DNA of 64,000 nucleotides from Sphingomonadales bacterium (GCA_017302615.1 JAFLDB010000006.1:68284-132283); one strand, 5' to 3'. Counted from the first letter of the stretch, positions 42,280 to 52,771 are shown. The notes: a model not told the origin generated them from the sequence alone. Numbers and translations are program-made.

Positions 42280-43626
42280 TCAGTCCCCCGCCACCGTCAT
42301 CCCGTCGACGCGGATCGTCGGCACGTTGACGCTGCGGTGCCATTCCAGATCGTTGGCTGCTGACAGCTGCCGGAACATGTCGATCAGATTGCCGGCGACG
42401 GTGAATTCCGCGACCGGCCCCGCGATCTCGCCCTTGACGATGCGGAAGCCCGAGGCGCCGCGGCTGTAGTCGCCGGTCACGCCGTTGACCCCGTGGCCGA
42501 TCAGTTCGGTCACGAACACACCCTCGGCAATGTCGGCAATCAGCTCGGCCACGCTGACCGTGCCGGGCGAAAGGTGGACGTTGCTGGTGGTCACTCCCGG
42601 GGCCCCGCCAGCGCCGCGCGCGGCATGGCCGGTCGGGGTTCCGCCAAGCTGGCGGGCAGCGGCGCTGTCCATCAGCCAGCCGGTCAGCCTGCCGCCTTCG
42701 ACCAGCGCGCGCGGCGCCGTCGCCAGGCCCTCGCCATCGAACGGGTGCGAGGACAATCCGCGAAGGCGCAGCGGATCATCGTGAATCGAGACGGAGGGAG
42801 CAAACAGTTGCTCATCCTCGTGGCCCAGCAGGAAACTGGCGCGGCGGGCAATTGCGCTGCCGCTCATCGCCCCGGCAAGGTGCGAGATCAGCGATCCGCC
42901 GACCCGCGGATCGAATACCACCGGCATCGGCCCGCTCTTGAGCCGGCCGGGATTCAGGCGATGGACCGCGCGCTGCCCGGCGATGCGGCCGATCTCTTCA
43001 AGCGGCGGCAGGTCGGCCAGGTGCCGGGCCATGCGCCAGGCATAGTCGCGTTGCATCGCCCCGCCTTCTCCCGCGATGGCGGTGGCACTGATCCCGTGCA
43101 TGGTTCCGCCGAACGATCCGGCAAAGCCATGGCTGGTGACAAGCGCGAACACCCGGTGGGCCAGGCTGGCATGGCCGCCTTCGGAATTGGTCACCCCGGG
43201 CACGGCGCGCGCGGCATTTTCGACAGCCAGAGCCCGCTCGCGCAGCTGGGCCGGGGTCATTGCCATCGGATCGTGCGAATCGAGATCGGCGAACGGCCCC
43301 CGGTGCAGCAGTTCTTCCGGGGCCAGCCCGGCGTAGAGATCTTCAGGCGCGGCACGGGCCATGTCGACCGCGCGGGCCGCCAGTTCCTTCAGCGCCGCAT
43401 CCGACAAGTCACTCGATCCGATCGAGGCCGAGCGGCGGCCAACAAAGACGCGCAGGTCCAGGTGTTCGGCTTCCGACCGCTCGACATCCTCGAGCGCGCC
43501 CAGCCGCACCGCGACGCTTTCCGAGGAAGACCCGGAATAGACCGCATCGGCGGCATCGGCCCCGGCGGCGCGCGCAATGTCAATCAGCGCGGCGGCGCGG
43601 TCCTGGGCGGCTTGGGGGCTGAGCAT
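42280..43626 (-). CDS. pmbA: TldD/PmbA family protein (PmbA/TldE-like)
   Basis: PFDGEG, GVNGVTGDYSRGASGFRI, FTVAGNL. Confidence 0.88.
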   Translation of the reverse strand: MLSPQAAQDRAAALIDIARAAGADAADAVYSGSSSESVAVRLGALEDVERSEAEHLDLRVFVGRRSASIGSSDLSDAALKELAARAVDMARAAPEDLYAGLAPEELLHRGPFADLDSHDPMAMTPAQLRERALAVENAARAVPGVTNSEGGHASLAHRVFALVTSHGFAGSFGGTMHGISATAIAGEGGAMQRDYAWRMARHLADLPPLEEIGRIAGQRAVHRLNPGRLKSGPMPVVFDPRVGGSLISHLAGAMSGSAIARRASFLLGHEDEQLFAPSVSIHDDPLRLRGLSSHPFDGEGLATAPRALVEGGRLTGWLMDSAAARQLGGTPTGHAARGAGGAPGVTTSNVHLSPGTVSVAELIADIAEGVFVTELIGHGVNGVTGDYSRGASGFRIVKGEIAGPVAEFTVAGNLIDMFRQLSAANDLEWHRSVNVPTIRVDGMTVAGD

Positions 43627-43690
43627 GGAAACGGCGACTCCGGTCAGTAAGCTGGAGCCGCCGATCTAGGGACTAAAGCTGCAAAAGCAA

Positions 43691-44071
43691 TCAGGCGAGC
43701 GCCTTGGCCACACCCAGGAACAGACCGGCGACCACGAACGGCAAGCCCAAGGCCAGCGCCCAGAGCCAGGCCTGATCCCGGCGGTAGTAGCGACCGAACT
43801 GCGGATCGGCCGCCTGAGCATCGCTCAGCCGGTTCCAGCGCTTCTCGAAACGGCGGCAGGCCGGAATGATTGCGGCGACGAGGATCACGAAAGCAAAGTA
43901 GGGCAACATCGACCCACCCTTGCCGTGGAGAGCGCCCATCGTAACGACGATCTGAAGACCGGTGTAAACCAGTAGCGCATAGGCGATGTTGTCGCTCATC
44001 CGCTTGCGCCAATCGAGCGGCTTTGCCGATCCGGCACGCGAAGAGATGACACCCTGCCAGGCCTTGGCCAT
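43691..44071 (-). CDS. Hypothetical membrane protein
   Basis: Three hydrophobic segments; start MAKAWQG preceded by GGGGA. Confidence 0.7.
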   Translation of the reverse strand: MAKAWQGVISSRAGSAKPLDWRKRMSDNIAYALLVYTGLQIVVTMGALHGKGGSMLPYFAFVILVAAIIPACRRFEKRWNRLSDAQAADPQFGRYYRRDQAWLWALALGLPFVVAGLFLGVAKALA

Positions 44072-44256
44072 GATCCTGTCCCCTTTATTCCCCTTATTAC
44101 GGGGAGTAAAACACCGAAGTCCCGCCTGATCAAGCCCCGTTAAGCATTGTTTGCGCAGCCACTGCCCGGTCCTGGCTGCGCAGGCCATGCACGAAACCTG
44201 CCAGATTGCGTCCCCGCCCCTTGCCGATGGCCTTCCGGCCTTCTAGATCGGGAAGC

Positions 44257-45039
44257 ATGACCAGCGAAGTCCAGCACCTTGTTGCGGCCAACACCGATGC
44301 GATGAAGCCGATCCCGCAGGGCGGGCTCGAAGTGATCTCGATCGCCAAGAGCTATGACAAGCGCGCTGTGCTGACTGACATTTCGCTGTCGGTCGGCAAG
44401 GGCGAAGTCCTGGGCCTGCTGGGTCCCAACGGCGCTGGTAAGACCACCTGCTTCTATTCGATCATGGGGCTGGTGCGGCCGGATTCGGGCCGGATCCTGA
44501 TGGACGGAGTCGATGTCACAAACCTGCCGATGTATCGCCGCGCGATCCTTGGCCTGGGTTATCTGCCGCAGGAAACCAGCATCTTCCGCGGCCTGACGGT
44601 GGAGCAGAACATCTCCTGCGTGCTCGAACTGGCCGAGCCCGATCCCGACACCCGCGCCCGCGAACTGCAGCGCCTGCTTGATGAATTCGGCCTCGACCGG
44701 CTCCGATCCAGCCCGGCCATGGCGCTGTCCGGTGGGGAGCGCCGCCGCTGCGAGATTGCCCGTGCGCTGGCCGCCAATCCCTCGATCATGCTGCTGGACG
44801 AACCCTTCGCCGGGATCGACCCGCTCTCGATCAGCGACATCCGCGATCTGGTGAAGGACCTCAAGCAGCGCGGCATCGGCGTGCTGATCACCGATCACAA
44901 CGTGCGCGAAACGCTCGACATCGTCGATCGCGCCTGCATCATCTATGGCGGACAGGTGCTGTTCGCCGGGAGCCCGGAAGAACTGGTCGCGGACGAGAAC
45001 GTGCGGCGGCTCTACCTTGGCGAGGGCTTTACGCTCTAG
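44257..45039 (+). CDS. lptB: LPS export ABC transporter ATPase
   Basis: GPNGAGKTT, YLPQETSIFRGL, LSGGERRRCEIARAL, LLDEPFAGIDP, ITDHNVRET; upstream of rpoN. Confidence 0.95.
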   Translation: MTSEVQHLVAANTDAMKPIPQGGLEVISIAKSYDKRAVLTDISLSVGKGEVLGLLGPNGAGKTTCFYSIMGLVRPDSGRILMDGVDVTNLPMYRRAILGLGYLPQETSIFRGLTVEQNISCVLELAEPDPDTRARELQRLLDEFGLDRLRSSPAMALSGGERRRCEIARALAANPSIMLLDEPFAGIDPLSISDIRDLVKDLKQRGIGVLITDHNVRETLDIVDRACIIYGGQVLFAGSPEELVADENVRRLYLGEGFTL

Positions 45040-45050
45040 GCCGACCGACC

Positions 45051-46529
45051 ATGGCCCTCGGTCCCCGCCTCGACTTACGGCAATCGCAATCACTGGTGAT
45101 GACGCCGCAACTGCAGCAGGCGATCAAGCTGCTGGCGCTGTCGAACCTGGAAGTGGAAGCCTTCATCGGCGAGGCGCTGGAAGCCAATCCACTGCTTGAC
45201 GTCAGCGCTCCGACCGAACCGGAAACCGCCCTGATCGAGCCGGACGAGCAACGTCGCACCACGCTCGAAACTTCGCCCGCCGACCAGCTGATTGCTGAAG
45301 GCCGGGCCGAGGATGACCGCCCGCTCGATATCGACCCGTCCGCGCTCGACCGCGACCGCGACACCGGCGATTGGGCCGCCGACATTCGCATTTCCCCTGG
45401 CGAGGACGGTCCCGGGATCGACGAGCGCGGCGATGCCCCGCCCAGCCTCGCCGAACACCTCCATGCCCAGATCGGTGCCGTGACCCGCGACCCCATGCTG
45501 GCCTTCATCGCCCGCCACATCGCCAGCGAGCTGGACGAGGCCGGTTACCTGCCCGCCACATGCGCCGACATCGCCCGGGAACTGGGAGTGGACGAGGACG
45601 AGGCCGAGGCGGCCCTGGCGCTGGTGCAAAGCCTCGACCCGACCGGGGTCGGCGCACGCAGCCTGGGCGAATGCCTGGCGCTGCAAGCAAAGGAGGCCGA
45701 TCGCTACGATCCCTGCATGGCGCGGCTGCTCGACAATCTCGATCTCCTCGCCCGCGGCGAACTGCCCCGCCTGAAGCGGATGTGCGGGGTGGATGACGAG
45801 GATTTTGCCGACATGCTGGCCGAACTGCGCGGCTATGATCCCAAGCCCGGTCTACGCTTCGGCAGCGGCGGCGGCGATCCGGTGACACCGGACATCTTGC
45901 TGATACCGCGCACCGACGGCGGCTGGGACTTGCAATTGAACCAGGCAACCCTGCCCCGGCTGGTCGTCAACCGCAGCTACTATGTCGAGATGCGCGGCGC
46001 CTGCGATGACAAGGCCGCGCGCGGCTGGCTGTCGGACAAGCTGGCCGATGCCAACTGGCTGGTAAAGGCGCTGGACCAGCGCGCCCGCACGATTCTGAAA
46101 GTGGCGAGCGAAGTGGTGAAGCAGCAGGACGGTTTCTTCCGCCACGGCGTCTCGCACCTGAAACCCCTCACCCTGCGGGCCGTGGCCGAAGCGATCGAAA
46201 TGCACGAATCGACCGTCAGCCGCGTCACCAGCAACAAGTACCTCGCCTGCCCGCGCGGCACGTTCGAGCTGAAGTACTTCTTCACTTCCGGCGTTGCCTC
46301 GGCCGATGGTGAAGGCGCGGTTTCGGCCAATGCGGTCAAGGCCGCAATCAAGGCCCTGATCGACGCGGAAGACCCCAAGGCGATCCTGTCGGACGACACC
46401 CTGGTCGATCTGCTGCGCGAGAAAGGCTTCGACCTGGCCCGCCGCACCGTGGCCAAATACCGCGAGGCGATCGGCCTTGGCAGTTCGGTCCAGCGGCGGC
46501 GGCAAAAGGCACTGGCGGGAATTCGCTGA
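45051..46529 (+). CDS. rpoN: RNA polymerase sigma-54 factor
   Basis: MTPQLQQAIKLL, HESTVSRVT, RpoN box ARRTVAKYRE. Confidence 0.97.
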   Translation: MALGPRLDLRQSQSLVMTPQLQQAIKLLALSNLEVEAFIGEALEANPLLDVSAPTEPETALIEPDEQRRTTLETSPADQLIAEGRAEDDRPLDIDPSALDRDRDTGDWAADIRISPGEDGPGIDERGDAPPSLAEHLHAQIGAVTRDPMLAFIARHIASELDEAGYLPATCADIARELGVDEDEAEAALALVQSLDPTGVGARSLGECLALQAKEADRYDPCMARLLDNLDLLARGELPRLKRMCGVDDEDFADMLAELRGYDPKPGLRFGSGGGDPVTPDILLIPRTDGGWDLQLNQATLPRLVVNRSYYVEMRGACDDKAARGWLSDKLADANWLVKALDQRARTILKVASEVVKQQDGFFRHGVSHLKPLTLRAVAEAIEMHESTVSRVTSNKYLACPRGTFELKYFFTSGVASADGEGAVSANAVKAAIKALIDAEDPKAILSDDTLVDLLREKGFDLARRTVAKYREAIGLGSSVQRRRQKALAGIR

Positions 46530-46595
46530 TCGGGCGCCTTGCCGGAACTATTCCGGCGAATTAGCATTTGCTGCTCACCCTGCGGAGGTCCCGTC

Positions 46596-48386
46596 ATGCG
46601 GCATGCAACCCTGATTTTGGCGATTGGATTGGTGGCCACACTGACCAGCGCAGGCGGGTTGCTGGCGCAGTCGGCAAGCGATCCCTTTGCCGCCTATCGC
46701 AAGGCACCCAGTGTGCTGGTCCCCGAACACGCTCCGGGCATGTGCCTCGACTATGATCTGAACCAGCCTTGGACCAACGCTCATCTTTGGCAATGCTGGC
46801 CAAGTTGGAACCAGGCCTTTTCCTTCAAGGGCCAGGGCAACAAGGGACAGATCTGGCTGGGTGGGCAGCGCTGTCTGACATCGCAGCGCGGCAACGGCTT
46901 GCGCGTGGCCATGCTGGAATGCGATGGCAGCCCTGCCCAGACCTGGACGCTGATCGGATCACAAATCCGCGATGTCGATAGCCGCTGCCTGGACGCCAGC
47001 GGTGCGGGGAAGGGCAATGGCAACTGGGTGATCACCTATGACTGCGTCAGCGGGGCACCGAACCAGCGCTGGCGGTTCAGCACTGTGCGGGCCGAACAGA
47101 AACGGGCCGGAACTGGCGTTCAGGGCCTGCCGCCGGGCATGGACGGGAAGTATCCCGCCGGATTTGCGCAACTGGCGGAGTTTCTGGAGCAGAACCGCCC
47201 GCGCTTCACTCCGCGGGCCATAACTGGTGCCGAACGGAAGGAGATCGACCAGCTGGTCGCACCCTACAAGTCGATCGATGTGGTCAAGTTTCTTCACTAC
47301 AACAGCCGCCCGAAATGGGGCGACCTGAAGGTGCCGTATCCCGTGATCATGCGATTGATGCAGCTGGCCGAAAGTGGCGACAAGTACGCCATGGACCAGC
47401 TCCTGCGCATGATGCACCTGGCCCTGATGATCGGCGAGTCCAATAGCGTATGGTATGGTTCCAGCAAGTACGACCCTGTTGCTCCGAACAGCCCGATGGG
47501 AACCGATCAGGCACTTGCCTGGATCCGCCTGTACCAGCTGACCAGAGTCTGGGCGGCGCACCGCTGGGCCCGGCATGGACCGGACCGGCTGGCAGCCTTT
47601 GCCTTTACCAAGTGCTATCCCACGCATGGCCGCTGTGGTTACATTTATGAGATCGACCGGTCGAAAGAGGGCGGCAATCTCAGCGAATGGGCCCTGACAG
47701 GCAAAGGCCGCTTCTTTCAACCGATCAACAATATCCGCTTCGTGCCGGTCGATGGGGGACCGCAGGCGCGACTTGACCGCTTCAAGTACCTGCTGGCGCA
47801 GCTTCGGTGGACCCATCAGGGCCGCAATACGCACCTGACCGATGAGGACTATTACTGGATGGCCGCTTTCGCGCGGACATATGGGCTGGAGGATGTCTAC
47901 GACAACGCTTGGATGGTCTCTTCAATGAACGATCAGCGAACGTGGCATCCCAGTGAACAGCAGTTCGAGATCGCCAAGTCCAATGAGCGGCGAAAGTCCA
48001 ACTGGGAATCGGATTTCAGCCTCCCCAGCTTGCCCCGGGACCGGCAGGTGCGGCTGCTTTATGAGGCGAAGTACCTTGGGAATGACTATGTGCTGCGTTT
48101 TGCCGGCAAGTACGAGCTGGAAAATCAGGACGAACTGGAGCTGATCTGTAACCTGAATAGTCCCCATTGCCAGCGGCAAGCGGCGATGATGCGTGCGACC
48201 GCTGCCCGCAATGCAAAGTATGCAGCCGAGCTCGAAGCTCGCCGGCAGGCGGTCAACAATTTCGGAACCGGCCGGGTAACCAATTCCACGGTTACAGTGC
48301 GCAATTACGATCAGAACGGCAATTACACCGGATCGACCACCACGACCCGCACCGATGCCGAACTGCAGGGAGCGAGGCCGCAGTAG
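46596..48386 (+). CDS. Secreted protein with ricin-B (beta-trefoil) lectin domain and large unknown domain
   Basis: Signal peptide after GGAGG; three C-L-[DT]...C...Q-x-[WF] repeats (MCLDY..WQC..NQAF; RCLTS..LEC..AQTW; RCLDA..YDC..NQRW); lower GC than flanks. Confidence 0.75.
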   Translation: MRHATLILAIGLVATLTSAGGLLAQSASDPFAAYRKAPSVLVPEHAPGMCLDYDLNQPWTNAHLWQCWPSWNQAFSFKGQGNKGQIWLGGQRCLTSQRGNGLRVAMLECDGSPAQTWTLIGSQIRDVDSRCLDASGAGKGNGNWVITYDCVSGAPNQRWRFSTVRAEQKRAGTGVQGLPPGMDGKYPAGFAQLAEFLEQNRPRFTPRAITGAERKEIDQLVAPYKSIDVVKFLHYNSRPKWGDLKVPYPVIMRLMQLAESGDKYAMDQLLRMMHLALMIGESNSVWYGSSKYDPVAPNSPMGTDQALAWIRLYQLTRVWAAHRWARHGPDRLAAFAFTKCYPTHGRCGYIYEIDRSKEGGNLSEWALTGKGRFFQPINNIRFVPVDGGPQARLDRFKYLLAQLRWTHQGRNTHLTDEDYYWMAAFARTYGLEDVYDNAWMVSSMNDQRTWHPSEQQFEIAKSNERRKSNWESDFSLPSLPRDRQVRLLYEAKYLGNDYVLRFAGKYELENQDELELICNLNSPHCQRQAAMMRATAARNAKYAAELEARRQAVNNFGTGRVTNSTVTVRNYDQNGNYTGSTTTTRTDAELQGARPQ

Positions 48387-48481
48387 CAGCCAACCGAAGG
48401 CTCTCGCGATGACTGCGCTTCCCTGCGCGGGAAAGGCTGTCTAGTCTCTACCGAGATCGACATCCCGGGGAGGACGCCTGC

Positions 48482-50521
48482 ATGAAAATCCGCCACCTGA
48501 TTGCTGCCGGCCTGATGGCTGCCGTGGCCGCTGCGCCGGCCCTGGCCGACCGTCTCGAATACCGCGTCCTGACCCAGAACCGCGATATCGGGCATTTCAA
48601 GCTCGATCGCCAGGACGGCAAGATCACGGTCGATTTCGATTACAAGCAGAACGGGCGCGGGCCGACGATCAGCGAAGTCGTCACGCTCGACAAGAACGGC
48701 GCGCCGTTGGTCTGGACGATCACCGGGCGCACCACCTTCGGCAATGCGGTGAACGAGACTTTCACCCGCGGCGTCAATCACGCCATCTGGAAAGACCTGT
48801 CCGGCACCGGCGGGGCCAAGGGCAGCAATGTCCCGCGTTATTACGCAACGCAGAATGGCTCGCCGCTGGATGTGGCACTGCTGGCCAAGGCACTGCTGAC
48901 CGATCCCGACCGGTCCATGCCGGTGGCCCCGGCCGGTATCGCGCGACTGACCGAGCGGGCGCGCAGCACCTTTGACGGGCCGAACGGCAGGATCGAGGTC
49001 ATCACTTACGAACTGTCCGGCCTTTCGCTCAACCCGACCTACATCACGCTGGACGCCAGCGGAGAGCTGTTCGCGATTGCCAGCGCCGATTTCATCATCG
49101 CCCGCAAGGGCTATGAAACCGCTGCCGACGAGCCGCTTAGGGCGCTGTCGGAACGGCTGGAATCAGAGCGTTTTTCCAGCATCCAGAAGGAATTCGCCCA
49201 CCGCTATGATGGGCCGGTGCGGATCCGCAATGTGCGGATCTTCGATCCGGTCACCGGCCAGCGCAGCGAGGCGCGCGACGTGGTCATGTCCGGCAGCCGG
49301 ATCGCCAGCATCCAGCCGGCCGGCAGCCTTGCCACTCCGGGTGAAACCGAGATCGACGGGGCCGGCGGCACGCTGGTGCCGGGCCTCTATGAAATGCACG
49401 GCCATCTGGCCCAGCAGGACGCATTGCTGAACCTGCTGGCCGGGATCACCACGGTTCGCGACATGGGCAATACCAACCCGGTGCTGGACGTGCTGATCGA
49501 CCGGATCGGCAAAGGCGAAGTGGCGGGTCCGCGGATCGTCCGGTCGGGCTTCATCGAGGGCAAGAGCCCGTTCAGCAGCGCTACCGGCAAGCTGGTGGAA
49601 ACCGAAGAACAGGCGATCGCAGCGGTCCGCTGGTATGCCGCGCGCGGGTACTGGCAGGTCAAGCTCTACAATTCGATGGACCCCAAATGGGCCCCTGCCG
49701 TGGTAGCCGAAGCGCACCGGCTGGGCCTGCGTGTATCGGGTCACGTTCCGGCCTTTTCCAGCGCGGACGAGATGATTGCAGCGGGCTTCGACGAGGTGAC
49801 CCACGTCAACCAGCTGATGCTGGGCTGGGTGCTCAATCCCGGCGAGGATACCCGGACGCTGTTCCGCTTCACCGCGATGCGGCGCTTCCCCAATCTGGAC
49901 CTCGCATCGCCCAAGGTCACCGCCACGCTGGATGCCATGGTGAAGCGAGGCGTGGCGCACGAGCCGACCATCGGCATCCACGAACTGGGCCTGACCGCAC
50001 TGGACGGCAAGACCAACCCGGGCGCGATCGACTATATCGATCACATGCCCCCGGCAGAGCAGCGCCAGCTTAAGCAGGCCCTGTTCGGGGCCGATACGCC
50101 GAAGGAACGCGCCGAATATGTCGCCGCCTATGCCAAGATCATGGACACGCTGCGGCTGATGCACAGCCGCGGGATCCTGCTGATACCGGGCACGGACCTG
50201 GGCGGCGGCTTTACCTATCACCGCGAACTGGAACTGTTCGGCCAGCTGGGCATGACCCCGGCGCAGGTGCTGCGGCGCGGCACCTGGGACATGGCCCGCT
50301 ACATGGGGCAGGATCAGGCACTAGGCAGCATCGAGCGCGGCAAACTGGCCGATTTCTTCCTGGTCCCCGGCGATCCGACCCAGGACCTGAAAGCGATCAA
50401 GAAGGTCGCCATGGTGGTCAAGGGCGGAACGGTCTACTTCCCGGATGAGATTTATCCGCGACTGGGCATCAAGCCCTTCGCCTTCGTGCCGAAGGTAACC
50501 CGACCGGTCGGAGCCAAGTAA
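48482..50521 (+). CDS. Secreted amidohydrolase-superfamily protein with extra N-terminal domain
   Basis: Signal peptide; PGLYEMHGH, SGHVP, VTHVNQ, PGTDLG, GSIERGKLADF. Confidence 0.85.
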   Translation: MKIRHLIAAGLMAAVAAAPALADRLEYRVLTQNRDIGHFKLDRQDGKITVDFDYKQNGRGPTISEVVTLDKNGAPLVWTITGRTTFGNAVNETFTRGVNHAIWKDLSGTGGAKGSNVPRYYATQNGSPLDVALLAKALLTDPDRSMPVAPAGIARLTERARSTFDGPNGRIEVITYELSGLSLNPTYITLDASGELFAIASADFIIARKGYETAADEPLRALSERLESERFSSIQKEFAHRYDGPVRIRNVRIFDPVTGQRSEARDVVMSGSRIASIQPAGSLATPGETEIDGAGGTLVPGLYEMHGHLAQQDALLNLLAGITTVRDMGNTNPVLDVLIDRIGKGEVAGPRIVRSGFIEGKSPFSSATGKLVETEEQAIAAVRWYAARGYWQVKLYNSMDPKWAPAVVAEAHRLGLRVSGHVPAFSSADEMIAAGFDEVTHVNQLMLGWVLNPGEDTRTLFRFTAMRRFPNLDLASPKVTATLDAMVKRGVAHEPTIGIHELGLTALDGKTNPGAIDYIDHMPPAEQRQLKQALFGADTPKERAEYVAAYAKIMDTLRLMHSRGILLIPGTDLGGGFTYHRELELFGQLGMTPAQVLRRGTWDMARYMGQDQALGSIERGKLADFFLVPGDPTQDLKAIKKVAMVVKGGTVYFPDEIYPRLGIKPFAFVPKVTRPVGAK

Positions 50522-51141
50522 TGACTCCGTGGCTGATCTGGGGCACGGCGCTGGCGCTCTATGTGCTGTTCCGCTTGTGGTATGACAACTGGCGCGGGCC
50601 GCTCAGCCAGGCTGAGATCGACGCCTTTCTATCCGAGGTGAGGGGCAAGTATTCGGGCGGCAACGATCCGGCCGTGCTGCGCGCCTTTCTGGAAGCGGAT
50701 GACGGCAAGGAGTTCGTCATGCTCAACCTGGTCAAGATCGAGCAGGGCATGGTCACCGATCCCGCCACCGGCCAGCCGATGGAGGGCCGGGCGGCGATGC
50801 GGCGCTATTCCGATCCGTTCGTCCGCGCGCTGCTGCGCAAGGGCGGGCACCCCGGCATGGTCGGGGCCAAGGTCGGACCCTATGTCGATGCCTGGAACGT
50901 AGAGGCCGATCCCGGCTGGTCGATCTTCGGCCTGATGCGCTATCGCAGCCGCCGTGACATGCTGGCGATGGTCCGCGACCCGCGCTTTGCCGAAATCCAC
51001 CCCTACAAGCTGCTGGGCATCCCGACGACCTTCAGCTTCCCGACCCAGCGCCAGGTCTCGGTCTACATGGGCCCGCGTGTATGGGTGGCGCTGGTGCTGG
51101 CACTGGCGGCGGCGCTGGTGCAATTGATGGTCGGGAAATAG
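50521..51141 (+). CDS. Hypothetical membrane-anchored protein (possible DUF1330-like ferredoxin fold)
   Basis: TM at both termini; FVMLNLVK and LMRYRSRRDML segments; start overlaps the amidohydrolase stop. Confidence 0.55.
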   Translation: MTPWLIWGTALALYVLFRLWYDNWRGPLSQAEIDAFLSEVRGKYSGGNDPAVLRAFLEADDGKEFVMLNLVKIEQGMVTDPATGQPMEGRAAMRRYSDPFVRALLRKGGHPGMVGAKVGPYVDAWNVEADPGWSIFGLMRYRSRRDMLAMVRDPRFAEIHPYKLLGIPTTFSFPTQRQVSVYMGPRVWVALVLALAAALVQLMVGK

Positions 51142-51226
51142 CAGGCCAGCGATCCGGATTTACTATTCAGGAGTTGCCAGCCCCCGTGCAATAGGCATAA
51201 ATTTCAGCCGTCTATCGAACAGGGGC

Positions 51227-52771
51227 ATGATCACGATGGCGCGATTCTGGCGCATTCTTGCAGCATTACTGGCGCTGATCTGGGCCGCCCCTTCGCTGGC
51301 CGACGGGGTTGAGGACGCCCGGCCAAGTGTGGTGCGGGTTATTGCCGTGATCGAAGTGCCCGGGGGCGTGCGCTATGGCACGGGCTCAGGCTTTGCCATT
51401 TCGCCAACCCGGATCGTGACCAACGCCCATGTGGTCGAGATGGTCTACAACGCCAGCGGCCCTTCCGGCATCGGCATCGTTCCCGGCAATACCCGCAAAC
51501 GGATCGGCGCCCGGATCGTGGCCTATGATCCGGCGCGCGATCTGGCCGTGCTGGAAGTGCAAGGCGCGCGCTTCACGCCGCTCAAGGTCTATGGCGGCGC
51601 CTTTCGCGACGGGTCTGATGTTGTGGCATTGGGCTACCCCGGCAACGTCGATGAGCTGACTGACGCCACGGTGATCGAACCGCAAGCCGCCGTCCGGGCC
51701 GGGGGCAACTTTTCCAACATGAGCCGGATCGACGGGGTCGAAGTGATGCTGCACACGGCCCAGATCGCACATGGCAATTCCGGCGGGCCGCTGGTCGACC
51801 AGTGCGGCCGGGTGCTGGGCGTCAACACCTTCGTCACTCGCAATGAGCGAGGCGATGCCAGCTTCGGATTTGCCATTTCGTCGAGCGAGCTTCGCGCCTT
51901 TCTGAAGCGCAACGGCCAGAGCGCCGGCGTGGTCGACGATGAATGCGTGCCGCCCGAAGTGGCCGAGGCCCGCAAGCTGGCGGAACAAGCCAAGGCCGAT
52001 CAGGAAAAGGCCAGGGCCGAAATGGAAGCCAAAGCCAGAGCCGATGCGGAGCGTCAGCAGCAACTGGCGCTGATCCAGGAGGAACGCGATAACCGCATGG
52101 CGCTATCCGCGCTGCTGCTGGTGCTGGCGGCACTCGCGGGGGCTTACGGGCTGATGGCCCAGCACAGGCAGGATCCCGAAAACCCGCAGCCATGGAAGGC
52201 CCGGATCGGTTTGGGCGGCGCGGCGGTACTGATCGTGATCGCTGCGGCCGCCTTCCTGACCCGCCCGTCGCTGAGCGATCCGGTGTTCCCGGCTGCTTTT
52301 CCAGCCGCCAGCGAGGAGCCCGATGCCGCGAGCAAGGCGGCCGCCGATGCCGCCAGCGCGGAGCCGGCCCGCAAGATTTCCTGCACCATCGATGAGGGCC
52401 GCAGCGAGTATTACGCGGCCGATCCGGCGCCGGTCGCGCTGAGCATCAGCGAAGGCGGCTGTGTCAACGGGCGCACCCAGTATGCCGCCAGCGGCGACGG
52501 CGCATGGCAGCGCGTCGCCGTGCCCAAGGAGGAGAATGTCGTTTCCCGGCTGACTTTCGATCCCAAGGCCATGACCTACACTCAGGAACGCTGGCTGCCG
52601 GATGCAGAAACCATGGCCGCAGCCCGCGCTGCCAAAGACAAGCTGCCCAGCCAATCCTGCGACTTGCCCGAGACCGGACGCAAGCAGCTGGCCGATGCCC
52701 AGCGCAAAATCACCAGCGGGATGAGCAGCGCACCGGACGAGCGGCTGGTTTTCCGCTGCAAGGCGGGGTGA
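51227..52771 (+). CDS. Trypsin-like (S1C) serine protease, membrane-anchored
   Basis: VTNAHVV, DLAVL, GNSGGPL triad; coiled coil; two TM helices; Cys-containing C-terminal domain. Confidence 0.85.
   Translation: MITMARFWRILAALLALIWAAPSLADGVEDARPSVVRVIAVIEVPGGVRYGTGSGFAISPTRIVTNAHVVEMVYNASGPSGIGIVPGNTRKRIGARIVAYDPARDLAVLEVQGARFTPLKVYGGAFRDGSDVVALGYPGNVDELTDATVIEPQAAVRAGGNFSNMSRIDGVEVMLHTAQIAHGNSGGPLVDQCGRVLGVNTFVTRNERGDASFGFAISSSELRAFLKRNGQSAGVVDDECVPPEVAEARKLAEQAKADQEKARAEMEAKARADAERQQQLALIQEERDNRMALSALLLVLAALAGAYGLMAQHRQDPENPQPWKARIGLGGAAVLIVIAAAAFLTRPSLSDPVFPAAFPAASEEPDAASKAAADAASAEPARKISCTIDEGRSEYYAADPAPVALSISEGGCVNGRTQYAASGDGAWQRVAVPKEENVVSRLTFDPKAMTYTQERWLPDAETMAAARAAKDKLPSQSCDLPETGRKQLADAQRKITSGMSSAPDERLVFRCKAG

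Noticed and set aside
43637-43660. Hairpin between pmbA and the small membrane-protein gene
   Set aside because: Most simply an ordinary terminator-like structure; no further support
44257-45039. lptB without adjacent lptA/lptC
   Set aside because: Split lpt loci are not unusual; nothing suggests disruption
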